A stretch of 63,692 nt of DNA, filler included, from Hyphochytrium catenoides (taxonomy: Eukaryota > Protista > Hyphochytriomycota): the NCBI GenBank assembly GCA_900088475.1. It is 7 parts of 7 records of this genome, joined end to end, with 100 filler letters (N's around TTAATTAATTAA, not from the genome) between each part and the next. Parts side by side here need not be neighbours in the genome. Positions count along the whole stretch, not along the records: positions 1 to 26,123 come from FLMG01002360.1; 6 more parts are not named here. The stretch is one strand, 5' to 3'. The first letter of the stretch is position 1. The number at the start of each line of letters is the position of its first letter. The translations under genes and the position numbers were made by a program. The notes under the pieces are model-generated. The model was not told where the DNA came from, ran no database searches, and saw only the letters and a program-made list of their open reading frames with translations. Below are positions 1 through 11,900 of this stretch, in pieces.

Positions 1-399
1 CTCTCTCTCTCTCTCTCTCTCTCTCTTCCAAAGCTCGCTGGCAGTTCTGCTGCAGGCGAACTGTGCATTTCTATCTCTTCTTACTTATTTCCTCTGTTTT
101 ATGACAGGCCCGTCTAACAACCTAGGAGAAGATGTATAGGCGAGAAAGAGTGATAATGGTAAAAAACAGAGTGAAGAAGAATGGAGTCAGATCACTCAGG
201 ATACATATAACTAACCTGGAAGAGACAGAACGAGGCAGGAGAGGATGGTGGTGAGATAAAGGGAGACCGCCACGAGATAGGCGAACATAAAAAGGTTTGA
301 AGCAAGGCAACATGGATAGACAGAAAAGCACAACCGGGAGAGCAAAGGTTGCTAGCCCAGGGCGGTCTATCCTCAGAATCACCTCTTGTCTTTCAGTCG

Positions 400-1200
400 C
401 TTTGGCCTTACAGAGCGGCTTATATTTAGGAATAGAAGGATTTTGATTAAAAGTGCTGCTGAGGACATTTTTTTTAGTCCATTTAGGATTGCGGTATTTC
501 TTCAGAACAAATGGAGGTTGAAATAGGCAGCAGCCTTAGATTTTGAAAAACGCCAGGGTGAGATAGCGGTTAATGTCTAGGTTAGATGGTGCAAAGAGGA
601 ACATGCCGCCTTGATGATATCTAGGACACCACAGGTGGAATCTTAGCAATGGACATCGAACGACTAACCGTAGTTCCTTGCCAGCGGTATTACTACTGCT
701 GCGAGCGATACTTACTATAATATTATACATCACTATTCTGCCAGGGATAATAGTACTACTAGAGATTGGGCATCCATGCTGCCTAGATTTTGTTCTAAAC
801 TCCTAGATGTGTACGAACTTTCTGTAATAATAGGCAAAGCGACTTGACAGAGCTTTGTGCTATATTGAAGTACTTCCACAGAGGGCCTTCCCTAAAAGCT
901 CATCAGTAATATAGTTTCTCTGAAGATGCAATTTTTTTAATGTAATTGAGAGCTGGTACAAACTACTAATAATCAGAGAACTAATGACCTACTAACTGTA
1001 GTTCTAACTTTCCCTACGTTTTTCCTAGTTATTTGAATGGAACTTTGCGCCTCTTCAGTTCTATTTACTGATGGTAGAAAACTTTATTAGATTTATAAAA
1101 AAGATAAGGCTCACATCTAATAGTACCACAGCACTCGATTGTACGAGGTCTTTCTTTTTTTCTTTAGGGGAAAAACGAATTAAAACAGTATTGGCTCTAG
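400..1200 (+). pseudogene. AT/TpA-rich relic, possibly a Merlin/IS1595-like DDE transposase
   Basis: 1007-1135 translates to TFPTFFLVI*MELCASSVLFTDGRKLY*IYKKDKAHI**YHS, resembling the ISXO2/Merlin 'TL..iI...V.PGS.I.TDG...Y......H..vNHS' pattern. Many stops. Confidence 0.3.
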
Positions 1201-1374
1201 ATGACAGACAGAGTAAGGTAAAAGCCTGTAGATGCCTGTCTTCTCGGGTTCCGAGACTCGAGCGCTGATAAAAAGAGAGAAATGGCAGCAGCAGGGGAAA
1301 AAAGAGGAGAACAGAGGGAGCGCGGAAAAAGTGAAACAGTAGTCGCTGGCCTCAAGCCACCTCCGTCCAAAGGA

Positions 1375-1437
<63 letters not shown>

Positions 1438-2163
1438 CGGATCCTGGAAGTGTGCTCAACCTAGCTTGACATCTTTCGTCTCTCTCGTGTTCTAGCTACT
1501 GCATCTTTCCTCCTTCGATGGCTCTTTCAAGTCTCTCCCTCTCTTAGTTCCCGTTGAAATTCTTGAGTCCAGGACTGCTCGACCCTGCCTGAGAAATGTG
1601 ACAGTCCGCAGGTTCTCACCTCAAAAAGAAGGAGATGCCCAGATTATTTGGCAGGAGCGACTGAGAGAAAGGACTTCATCTAAGATTTCATACATCACAG
1701 AGAGAGAAGAGACCGCATCCTATCAGCTAAGGCCGCAGCTGTTGAAGTTGGGCACACGATCGAGGAAATTCAGTCAGAGAAGCGTAGAAGATACAAATTT
1801 GATGTATAACGATTTATAGCATAGGGATCCTGAGGGATGTGTCACTTCCAATGTGTGTCTCTCTTCGGTTCTCTCTCGTGCTCAAGCCTCCTTTCTTATC
1901 ACTCTTTTTTCTTCATGATCCAATCTCCTCCCACTGTTCGGTGTGCATTGCTACTACTGACGGACGCAGGTGTTGAAGAAGGGGAGAGGAAAAGAAGAAA
2001 CGAGAGAAGAAGGGAAAACAGTGGGAAAACGAAGAAGACAACCGTAGTAGTGTAGGGGACATCCCGCTCCCCTCTCTCCTTTTGTCTCTCTTTTATCCCC
2101 TACCACGTGGTCAGCATGCTTTTGACTTGCATCGTAGGCTAGAGGACAGTAGAGTTTCATCTT

Positions 2164-2530
2164 ATGCCTGCTTCAGATAGTTCTAACAGAAGATTCACTA
2201 GCCAGCAGAGCTTCCAGCTAAAGGTTCCCATCCTCCCCTTTCCTCATCCTCTTATCGCAGTTCATCTCTTCTTCTGTTCCATCCCACTGCTCCGAGGGTA
2301 TAGGCTATGGCATGCAAGGGCCCGTTTTGGCCCAAAAAAGTTACCCGCAAACGTAGACTGTCTCTTTCTTTCTGCAAGCTCCCTGGCTCCTTATTATCTC
2401 ATCAGCTCTCAGAACAATTTTGAGAGGCTTTGGGTCCTGGGAGTTTCGGTTCGCTGAGCTTCAGAAGTGCATGCACTTGTCAGGGGCATAGGAGATCGAT
2501 ATATACACTTTCAGATCTTCACCTGGTGTC
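2164..2530 (+). mobile_element. Possible decayed RT fragment
   Basis: FTSQQSFQLKV...GYRLWHARARFGPKKLPA resembles 'F..LD...F.Q..V...G.Y.W..MPFGLKNAPA'. Weak. Confidence 0.25.
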
Positions 2531-3263
2531 TTTCTCACTCGCTTTCCTTCTTCTCACTTTGCCGTCTGTCTCTAGTTCTATCTATATTTCTGTCATTAGC
2601 CCCATTTGCCTCTGGTCCTCCGTGATTCCAACCAGATCCTCGACGACTGTCAGCAGTGTCTCAATCTAAACCTGACATAGCATTTCTTCTTTCTCACCGT
2701 TTCTCTTGTTGTTGTCGCTCTTCTGGAACTATATATCTCTTCCCTGTACGGACAACTTGTCAAGTAGGTTCTCAAGGAGCAAGCTACCATTGGGCTCATA
2801 GGAAGTACTTCTAGCACGCGCTCGCTCTCCATCACACAGCATTGAAGAAGAAACCCAGCGAGACCAGGGAAGAGAGAGAGAGAGAAGAAAGAGGGAGGGG
2901 AGGCAAGGAAGAGGAGGAAAAGAGAGAGAATAAGACAGAGAAAGAGAAAGGAAGAGAGTAAGAGAGAGAGAGAGAGAGAGAAAGAAGAGAGAGTGACAGG
3001 GCAAAAGAGGGAGAAAAAGAGAGGAAGAAAGAAAAAGGAAGAACGGCTTGGTGTATGGTGTATGACTAGGAGGAGAAGGTATGACTTTAAGGGTCATATC
3101 CATACAGAAGCGGCAGCCAATAGCTGCTATGTAGTGCTAGGGGTAAACTCGTCCTGTCCACGGCGAAGAGGAAGCCACGAAAAATGTGATGGTGGGCTAA
3201 CAAGTCGAACCATCAACTAGAAGAGAGAGAGACAGAGAGGGAGTGACAGAGAGAGAGAGAGAG

Positions 3264-3311
<48 letters not shown>

Positions 3312-3742
3312 GCATTGCGGCGGAGGAAGAGGAGTGGCGGGGGCTAAAATTCCTCTTCCGGCTTAGTCTTCCTACTGGACAGAAAGTTACTCTGGAGTTT
3401 TAGGGTCTCAATATCTCTGTCAGAACCTCTCTTCGTTTAACAAGGAAGTCCTCGTCTTCTCTCTCTCGCTGCCTCTTTCTCTAAACGTCGCACACTGGAT
3501 ATGAAGCGACAAAAAATGGTGGGTGCCGCCTTTCTCTTGTCTCTTTCTCGAAAAGGAATGTGCAGGCTAAGGCGGACCTACGCGTTTGCCAACCCGACGA
3601 GCGCGGCCTTCGCCATAAATGGTTTCTAAACGAATCTTCATCGCCCGCTTCATCGAGAGAAAAGAGATCCATACCTTAGTCTCTCTCCTCCCCTGTATCT
3701 CTCTCTCTCTTTTTCTCTCTCTCTCTTCCTATGTTTGGCTAA

Positions 3743-5284
3743 TTACAGGCCCAGGTGGAGGTAGACGGCAGGAACAATAAAGCCTAAGCCCCACCCAAGG
3801 CCGATGTAATATTCTAGAAAGCGCCTCACCATATCCTCCGCAGCCATCGCCTTGACGCTTTTGAAGTCTACATTGTAAGCTGAGTGATAAGGAGGAGAGG
3901 AAGGGCAGTGCTGGATATCCAGCTCATTCCTCTCTCCCGCATTAGAAGAGGCCTCTGCCCGTGTCTCTTCTTCTGTAGCTTCTCCTGCCGCGACCGAGCA
4001 TGCTCCTTGTTCGCCTCGCGCCCGCGCCACTGCGAACAATCTGCACAGCAGCGCTTTTGCAGTGGCCTTAGAGGCGAGAAGCAGTGGATATCCAAGAGCC
4101 AGTCTAGCCAGAATCTTCCATAAAGGATGGTTAGCAGGAGCAGGCAACTGCCAGCCAAGCGAACCCTCTGCTACAGCATATGAAGAGAACATTCCCGCAA
4201 TAAAACCCGACAGACAGACATTTTCCTCAAATGTGCTTGTCTCTGGGTAGACCTTCGGGTGGATTACACAGAGAAAGAGGCCAAACAGCGCTGCCAGGAG
4301 CGGCAAATGAGGTAGGCCGATGATCCATGAGTCAACCTCTGTGTAGCAGTTCACCCATAGACGAAAGATAACGGCGCCGATGACGGCACCGCCCTGAATG
4401 TCAGCGGGACTGTGCACACCGAGGTACATCCGACTGACAATGATGGTCAGAGCAAGAACGAAGCCCACCGCATAGCCTGCAACAACTAACATTGGCTGTC
4501 CAGCATCCCATAGAAAGACAGGAACAAAGATCTGTCTGAGGATGAAGAAGGGGAGAGACACAGCGTTGACGGTGTGTACACTAGGCCAGCCAAAGTCAGA
4601 GTTAGACAGCGTCATCGAACGGAGGACCTTACGATATTTTTGCGGAGGTCGTGGTAGACAGAGCCAATTCTTCATAGTTCCACCAAGATACTGATTCATG
4701 CCCCAGAGAAGGGCGAAGGACCGGGCGTACGTCCCGTTAGCCGCCACCCAGAAGAGGAAAGGAAGTAGAAGGACATAGGAATCTTCAGAGCCGATCCAGC
4801 TCGCGCAAAGCATAAGCTTGGTTGTCCTTTCTCCACCCCACCGCTGGACGTAGGGAAGTAGTTCAAGGCTCCACTCTACTTGACTCTCAAGGTTTTGGCG
4901 CCAACGCTGCCGAACGTCCCAGAGGTAATCTAGCGCTGGGATGCTGACCATCGCTTCATAGTTGTTCTGCACGTTTTCTTTTGTGGCCGTGAAGGTCTGT
5001 CCTGCAGAGCGCGGAGAGGAGGCACCAGCAGACGATTGGGTCCTGGTCTGTCTCTCTCCTTCACCAGCTCCTTGGTTGGTATCCTGCGGCGCTGCTCTTC
5101 TATGTCGGAGGGCCTCAGTCTTAGTCCCGTCCTCCTGCAAGAGGCCGCCTGCATCGTACCAGCCTGCTACCAAGCTCTCATCGCCTGCGTCTCGCTGTGC
5201 CATCTCACTCTTTTTCTGGACCTCCAATGGCTTGCCACTCCTGCCACTTACAAGTGTAGAAAACAATGTTTGAAGATCAGACAA
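3743..5284 (-). CDS. Sphingoid-base (sphingosine-1-)phosphate phosphatase, PAP2 superfamily (SGPP/Lcb3-like)
   Basis: Intronless 513-aa ORF with the three PAP2 catalytic motifs in order: C1 KNWLCLPRP, C2 FGWPSVH, C3 SRMYLGVHSPADI. It has multiple hydrophobic helices and the C-terminal TM extension typical of the SPP subfamily. The true start is uncertain. Confidence 0.88.
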   Translation of the reverse strand: MSDLQTLFSTLVSGRSGKPLEVQKKSEMAQRDAGDESLVAGWYDAGGLLQEDGTKTEALRHRRAAPQDTNQGAGEGERQTRTQSSAGASSPRSAGQTFTATKENVQNNYEAMVSIPALDYLWDVRQRWRQNLESQVEWSLELLPYVQRWGGERTTKLMLCASWIGSEDSYVLLLPFLFWVAANGTYARSFALLWGMNQYLGGTMKNWLCLPRPPQKYRKVLRSMTLSNSDFGWPSVHTVNAVSLPFFILRQIFVPVFLWDAGQPMLVVAGYAVGFVLALTIIVSRMYLGVHSPADIQGGAVIGAVIFRLWVNCYTEVDSWIIGLPHLPLLAALFGLFLCVIHPKVYPETSTFEENVCLSGFIAGMFSSYAVAEGSLGWQLPAPANHPLWKILARLALGYPLLLASKATAKALLCRLFAVARARGEQGACSVAAGEATEEETRAEASSNAGERNELDIQHCPSSPPYHSAYNVDFKSVKAMAAEDMVRRFLEYYIGLGWGLGFIVPAVYLHLGL

Positions 5285-5547
5285 AGCGCTTGCCCTTCAA
5301 TATGTCTGTCTTGGAAGTCTTGGAAGTGGATCGTATAGAAAAGCTCATCAGAGGACATACAACGTGTCCGTAGGGATGTTCTGACAAAAGTTACATTGAG
5401 AGGAAGCCTACTACTGATTGAATAACGGTGTGAGTCAAGGCAACCTAGGAAGCCCGTGAAGACTCCCAGCATCACATCGGCTAGGTTTTTAATAGGGCGC
5501 CAAGCTGCAGCTGGGGAGAGAGAGAGGGAAAGAGAAAGGGAGAGAGA

Positions 5548-5605
<58 letters not shown>

Positions 5606-6590
5606 AGACGCTTGATCTGCAGGTGCTCTGTCTGTCGATAGTGCAGGTGCTTGAAAGATCTCCACCATCTAAGGTCCAGATTTCTTCCTCTGCAAAGTTC
5701 TCAATCATCTCTCTCTTGGTCACTCTGTCTCTCCATTCTACTCTAGAGAGCCTTAGAAAGAGAAAGCTCCACTTCACTCTGTCTAAAGTGAGGAACTGTT
5801 GGGGTGGATCAGAAAGAGACCAAGGCTCACAGAGAAGGGGCAGCGATGGCTTCAACTGCAAAAAGAGAGGAGAAAATGCCGGTGTGAGGTTATGAGTTTG
5901 TCAATGAGATGTGTTTACAGCGAGAGAGATATCAGTGATAGATACATTATAGCAGTCTGCCACTAGAGAGAGAGCACTCAAAAGCAGATGTTTTGAAAGT
6001 CAATCTAAGCTGTGTGAGGCTTGGAGCTATCAGTAATTTTCTTGTACACTAATGTTCGTTGTACGTGTACCGCGCGAACTCCATGGTGAAGAACCGTCCG
6101 AAAATAAAGGGATCGATAATAAGTGCCGTAAGAAACCAGCAACGGGCCCTCTCAATGTTGGGGAGAACCGCCTGACAATATTCGGTTATCCTAATTCAAA
6201 GTAATTCTATGTTCTGAAAGAGAAGATCAAGGAGAAGATCAGAATGGCCTTTCAAGAAGGAAAACTGTAGCGTTAGTTATCAGAAAGGATGACGTGCAGG
6301 GATCTGGTGACATTGATTTTATTGCGTCTCTAAAATTTTGATGGTTCGCATCTGCAGTCTCTGGTCTCTGTCTCAGCGCCTGGGTCCGTAGATTGCGATG
6401 ATGAAGGAGAAGAGAAGCGTCCATGACGATGAGACAGCTGCTCTCAGGACAGAAGCGCATACCTAACGGACAAGACAGAGTTTTCGTTATTGAGACCTAG
6501 GAGTTGCCAACCATTTGCCTAACAGGTCATTGAGGAGCTTCATTAGTTGCTCGCAGTAGAACGAAACACCCGGTGTGAACAAGTAGAAGA

Positions 6591-6809
6591 ATGACTCAAG
6601 TCATCATCGAGGAGAGAACTCCTATCACACCAGACGACGCTGCCAAAGCGTTGAAGCGTTTCATGAAGGCGCAGCAGCGGATTGTGAAAGAGAGCAAGAA
6701 GAAAGAGGAAGAGGGCCAAAGTGCTGCAGTTGGCTTGTCTGCTGAGGTCATCGCTCAGATGGAGAAGGTCATCGAGTCCTTAACCTCAGCATCAGAACAG
6801 GAGAGTTAA
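6591..6809 (+). CDS. Small 72-aa protein, possibly RNA polymerase I subunit A14-like
   Basis: ATG..TAA ORF with non-microsatellite, protein-like composition (strand, amphipathic helix, charged linker, helix). The resemblance to fungal A14 is by pattern only. Confidence 0.55.
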   Translation: MTQVIIEERTPITPDDAAKALKRFMKAQQRIVKESKKKEEEGQSAAVGLSAEVIAQMEKVIESLTSASEQES

Positions 6810-6989
6810 GACCCAGCAACTCCTCATCCAAGTATCCCTCATGATCAACCATTGGAGGCCCTGACCCTGGAGACTGGGCAAATGACACCATAGACATCAC
6901 GGGCTGCACGTGACAGAAAGGTTTCCAGCTGCCAAAGCGGCCGGCTCTGTGGCAACAATAGAGACATCAGTTGGGCCATCTACCGTTTA

Positions 6990-8327
6990 CTAACGCTCCT
7001 GAATGACGCCTAAAGCTCTAGCTGAGCAGTAGACTGAGAAAGCGTCAAACCGCTGCTGGTGCACTCGCACTCTAACCGAGAGAAGCGAGTCCGAATCGGA
7101 ACAAGAAGACAAGGACAGGAAAGCGGGCAGCGGCCGTCCAAAGCAGTTAGCATAGTGCTTTGAGAGCTCAGCGTGCTCTTTGGAGCTTTCTATCAACCCA
7201 AAATCTCTAACAAAGGCTTCCAGTTGTACTGGCGTTGTCATCGTAGTGTAGATAAAGTCTCGCATACTCTTCCCTCCTTCTCCCCTGTCTCCCTCCTCAC
7301 ATCCCATTTCTTCCCTGTCTCTAATCCCAGCGAGCCTTCTTGCCCCTGGGAAACAAGGCCCCAACCGACTCTGCCACATCCTGATCCTTGTCTCTCTCCA
7401 CGCACTCTTGGCAATGGTGATAACAAGGTTATCCCTGAAGAGCTCAGCTCCTTGAACGTCAGAGATAACTACCGAGACCGCTATCATCGTCGACACCCTC
7501 TCTGCTGCATCTAGACCTCGTCTAAGAGCATCATCTAGCACACATTGTCTGAAAGGAGAGAGGGAAAGCTCCTCTGGGGGACAGGAAAAAAGAGAGAGAC
7601 AGTTTAGCTTTTGCACCGCCAAGGATCCGGAGCATATGCTGGCCACAGTGGTGGCACAGACGTCAGAAAAGAGGCTCTTGGTAAGCACATCCTGCCCGTG
7701 GGAGCCGATGAAGAAGTAAGGGATAAGAGAGTCTTCTCCCAGCGGCTCTGTGGGTCGGTTGTGCTGCACACAGTCGGCAGACCACTGATATAAGGCTGTC
7801 ATTATCTGCGCCATGTGCCTCACAGGCAGCAGTGAACTGCTCTGTAGGACCTTCACCACGGCTTCATCAGGAGATCTAAATATTGATTGACAGTGGCACC
7901 GGAGGTTGCACTGTTCATACAGCAACTTCGTGGCTGCCGAAGGAGAGAGACCCAACGCCAATGCCTTCTGCAGGTTCTGTCTTGCCTCCTGCCAATGCCC
8001 TTGCTCGTGCAGGAGATAACCAAGACGGGCGTGCTCTGGTCCTGAGAGGGGCAAGAGTTGGACTGCTAGCATGGCGTCCGGCAGGGCTGTATTGGCTCCC
8101 CGGTGCCTCAGTTCTGCATCACTCCTGAGAGCGTAAAGCTTGCCATTGTCAGGCTCCAGCTCAATAGCGACCGAGTAGAGCTCTACGGCTCTGCGGTAGC
8201 TCTCATTAGCAAAGAGGCGATCTGCTTCTATCTTGGCGCTTTCTGCCGTCCACGCTCCTCGTCCTTTAGTGGACAGCGGGCAATAGCTACTCACTGCTGA
8301 TACTATAGGTTGCCTGCACTCTTGCAT
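6990..8327 (-). CDS. TPR-repeat protein with uncharacterised C-terminal region
   Basis: About 445-aa ORF with three consecutive TPR-like repeats (AKIEADRLFANESYRRAVELYSVAIELEPDNGKLYALRSDA...ALPDAMLAVQLLP...HARLGYLLHEQGHWQEARQNLQKALAL). The first ATG is at 8327; an upstream exon is possible. Confidence 0.75.
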   Translation of the reverse strand: MQECRQPIVSAVSSYCPLSTKGRGAWTAESAKIEADRLFANESYRRAVELYSVAIELEPDNGKLYALRSDAELRHRGANTALPDAMLAVQLLPLSGPEHARLGYLLHEQGHWQEARQNLQKALALGLSPSAATKLLYEQCNLRCHCQSIFRSPDEAVVKVLQSSSLLPVRHMAQIMTALYQWSADCVQHNRPTEPLGEDSLIPYFFIGSHGQDVLTKSLFSDVCATTVASICSGSLAVQKLNCLSLFSCPPEELSLSPFRQCVLDDALRRGLDAAERVSTMIAVSVVISDVQGAELFRDNLVITIAKSAWRETRIRMWQSRLGPCFPGARRLAGIRDREEMGCEEGDRGEGGKSMRDFIYTTMTTPVQLEAFVRDFGLIESSKEHAELSKHYANCFGRPLPAFLSLSSCSDSDSLLSVRVRVHQQRFDAFSVYCSARALGVIQER

Positions 8328-8989
8328 GGCTGTCTGCAAGAAGGACGGAATGAAAGAAGGGAAGTCTTACCGTCTGGCTGCGGAGAGAAAAGGTAGAGTG
8401 AAAGTGACGGAGAACAAAGGTAGAGTGAACGTGACAGCTATCAGCCGGGGAAACCCCGCCGTTTGGGCCAGAGAGAGACAGGTGGACGATGGAAGGCTGA
8501 TAGAGAGAAGAAAAAAGAGAAGGTGTAAGTGGGCATTGGGCTCATTATTGACGCTAAGCTAGAGCACATCTAGACGGTAATGCGGTTCAGAAGGCAGCTA
8601 CTCTCTTTTCTCTTCATCCGTTATTGAGGAGGAAGAGACAAGGGTGATTATGACTGGCGCTTTTGAGAGATAGTGACCCTCAGTCTTGTCTTCTGTCAAG
8701 TTGGAGATGAAAGAAGCTGACCAAGCTTGTCGTCTCTGGACACTTAGTGGCGGTAGGTTAAGGGGTTCCAATCTTCTTCTCTCTGTCTCTGTGTCTCTCG
8801 CTTGCCATTTATCTCTTCACAATGCTCTCACTCCTCTGTCTCTCTCTTTCTGCTTCTGCGGGTGGTCCCCCCTCCACACATTCGCCACGTCAGCACCCGC
8901 CAGACCACGTCGAAGACAGAGGAGAGAGAGAGAGAACGCTGGAGCGAGGGAGAGAAAGAGTGTGTGTGTGTGAGAGAGAGAGAGAGAGT

Positions 8990-11900
8990 AAAGATTCCAC
9001 CACCATGACTAGCCGCTCTTCTTATTGAAAGACATAAATTGTCGTCTCCAGAGCGAAGGGCAGAAAAAGACTCTCAGTAGATCATAAGCCCATCAAAGTA
9101 AGGACCCGCGTACTAGGATGCCACTGAGCTACTATGAGGCGTAGAGAGCCCGACACGCAGCATGCGCTTCCTCCTCGGCTGGACGGGCCCATTGAGGGCT
9201 TGACAAGAGCGGACACTTGCCCTTTCTCCACCACATTGATAGCTTCTGACAGCAGATGATGGAAGAAGCTACTAGCTAGGGAAGAGAGGGACCGGAGATT
9301 TGCATGTGCTCCTCTTCTCTCCTCTGCAGCAGTGTCTCTCTAAGCAGACGAGATTAGAGAGAAGAGAGATAGCACATTATGGAGGAGGAGTTCTGTCCTC
9401 ATGACGAATACTGGGTACTGTCCATCATTGCTGCCTGATGCCTTTTGACCTCTTCTTCTTCTTCAGAAGATCACTTCTGGTTATTCATTATCGTCCTTCT
9501 ACCTGGAAGCTCATCATCCATGGTCATCGTCCCTGTGTGGGAAAAGAGAAGAGAAAGCGGGAGAGGAAGAGAGCGAAAGGAGAGAGAGAACACTAATAAC
9601 GACATACTTCTACACGTAGAGAACTACTTCAGAGAGTAAAAGAGGGACGAGGAGTGCAAAAGAGAGAAAAAGAAAGTGAGCGATAGAGAGGGTAAGAGAG
9701 GAAGAGCGGGAGAGGGAAAGGAGAGAGGGAGGGGGTTGGGGAGAGAAAAAGAGAGAGAAGAAGAACGAAAGAGAGCGAAGAGGGACGAGAGAAAGAGAGA
9801 AAGAGAGAGAGAGACAGACGGTGTGCGAAAGAGAGCGAAAGAGAGAGAAAAGAGGATGGTGACGAGAGAGAGAGAGAAAGAGAGCGAGATGGAGAGGAGA
9901 AGTAGAAAGAGGGAGATAGGAAGAAAGAGAGAGAGAGAGAGAGAAAGAGCAAAACAGTAGTGACACCTGATCGGTCTGAGACGAGTAGTAATACTTTCGT
10001 GCGCTTGGTTTATTAGATAACCCGGGCCATCCACATAGTAATGGGCCTGACGTCCTGAGTAACTGCCTCTTGGCAGACAGTTACACTCCCAACACGTTGT
10101 ACTCTTCCTCTCAGGAAGAACTACTACGCTCTTGATTGTGGGAGAGAGAGAGAACGAGGCGAGAGAGACTAAAAAGAGAGAGAATCCGAGACAGAGAGAG
10201 AAAGAGGATGTGGACGGAGAGTGAACGATAGAGTGAGTGTGAGAGTGAGTGAGTGAGAGAGTGAGTGTGTGTGAGTGTGTGTGTGTGTGTGTGTGTGNNN
10301 NNNNNNNNNNNNNNNNNNNNNNNNNNNNNNNNNNNNNNNNNNNNNNNNNNNNNNNNNNAGGACGAGGGAAAGGACGCTCACATCACTTCCAGAAGAGAAG
10401 AAGGCAGCCAGGTTACTCTGCCACTAGACGGAACGTCATAGGTCAAGAGACATCATCAGATGGTCTCGATTGTCCCATTCTCCATCTTCTTCTCCCTGTT
10501 GTCTCTGTTCTCCTCCTCTGTATCGTTCATCATTCATCACTGAGCGCTGTGTTGACTCTTTTCCTCCCGGCAAATCAATGATCTCTTCCTTCTTCTTCGT
10601 TGTGCTTGCCATCATGCCCACGCCGTGTCCTCTGCTGTTCGTTGGATAGCAAGCAGGCTCTTGTCTTTCTCTTCCTTTTTGACTTGTAGCAGATGACTGT
10701 CGGTACTTGTCGCTACTTTCTCTTTATTTCTTCCCCGTCGCGTGCTGAGGAAGAAAGATGGAATAGTAGGATTAGAAGCAGCAGAAGAGAGAGGCACCTT
10801 GCTTACTCTTTATTACCAATAACAATATAGAGCTTGCTTGCTATTCTTCCTGGCGTTGCCTCGTCTCACTTTCTCCCCTTTCCTGCGCTGAGTCCACACA
10901 GCAGCAGCTTCAATAGCAATGACCTCTTAGTTCAAAAGGACCGGCCTCTCCGTCCCATTAATAATCACGTCCATGGCGACTTTGGTGCGTGGCGGCGCTG
11001 GCGGCGGGAAGCCAATTCGTCTTCCTTCTGCATATCGGTGGTAGCTTCTTTCATGAGGTTCCGGCGCGCCGGCTTACTCTAATAAGGTTTGAGCCTTATT
11101 CGACCACCGCTGCTCCTGCTGGCAGGAAAGCAATCTTGTGGGAGCAAGGGCTACGACGTGCTTTGATTCCTTCCTGCTGTTTATGCCATCAGAGTTTAAC
11201 CATCAACTCTACTGGAAGAATAGTAGCAGCAGAAGAAGCGTACTATAGCTTGGCACCACTTCCTTTTGGGCCCATGGAAAACGAGAGAGGAAGGGTCAAC
11301 AATCTGCCTAGCTTGCAGACAGGCGCCCATCATCACAAAGGACCGAGAGGTGTTGTCCTACTATTCCATTGATCATTATAATACCAGGAAGAGTGTCCTC
11401 ACCCCTACTATTATTCTTTGCTATCATCAAGGTCCTGGCCTGGCAGTGGGCTGACTGGACTATCTGGACTGGAGCTGCGTGGCTCTTCTGATTTTGAGCC
11501 CGCCTAGACCTTCTGGAGAGGTTGTAGTTAATGTACAATATTAGTGGGCCTCCTTTTCCTTCTTCTTCTCCTCTTTGGTCTACATTATTCGCTGCTCCTC
11601 TCTTCCTCTTCCAGCATCATAAGAACTTACCGCCTGTTGCTGCAGGAGCTGCCTTATTAGTGTTAGGTACTACGAATGCGTAAGGGACAACTGAAGCGAT
11701 AGACGTGAATCCATTTATTTTTTTACTGATTGAGCAATAACCGCTGCTGCTGCCACACGATGCCCTCTTGAAGAACAGTGAGGAGATGGGTAACGTGGCC
11801 CTGATAGTCCATGCAGAATGCACCCTTTCACTGGATACCTCTCCTCTTCTTGCCATTTTTTGGAAGGTAAGGTGGCCATCAGTGTTCCGAACGTCGAAGG

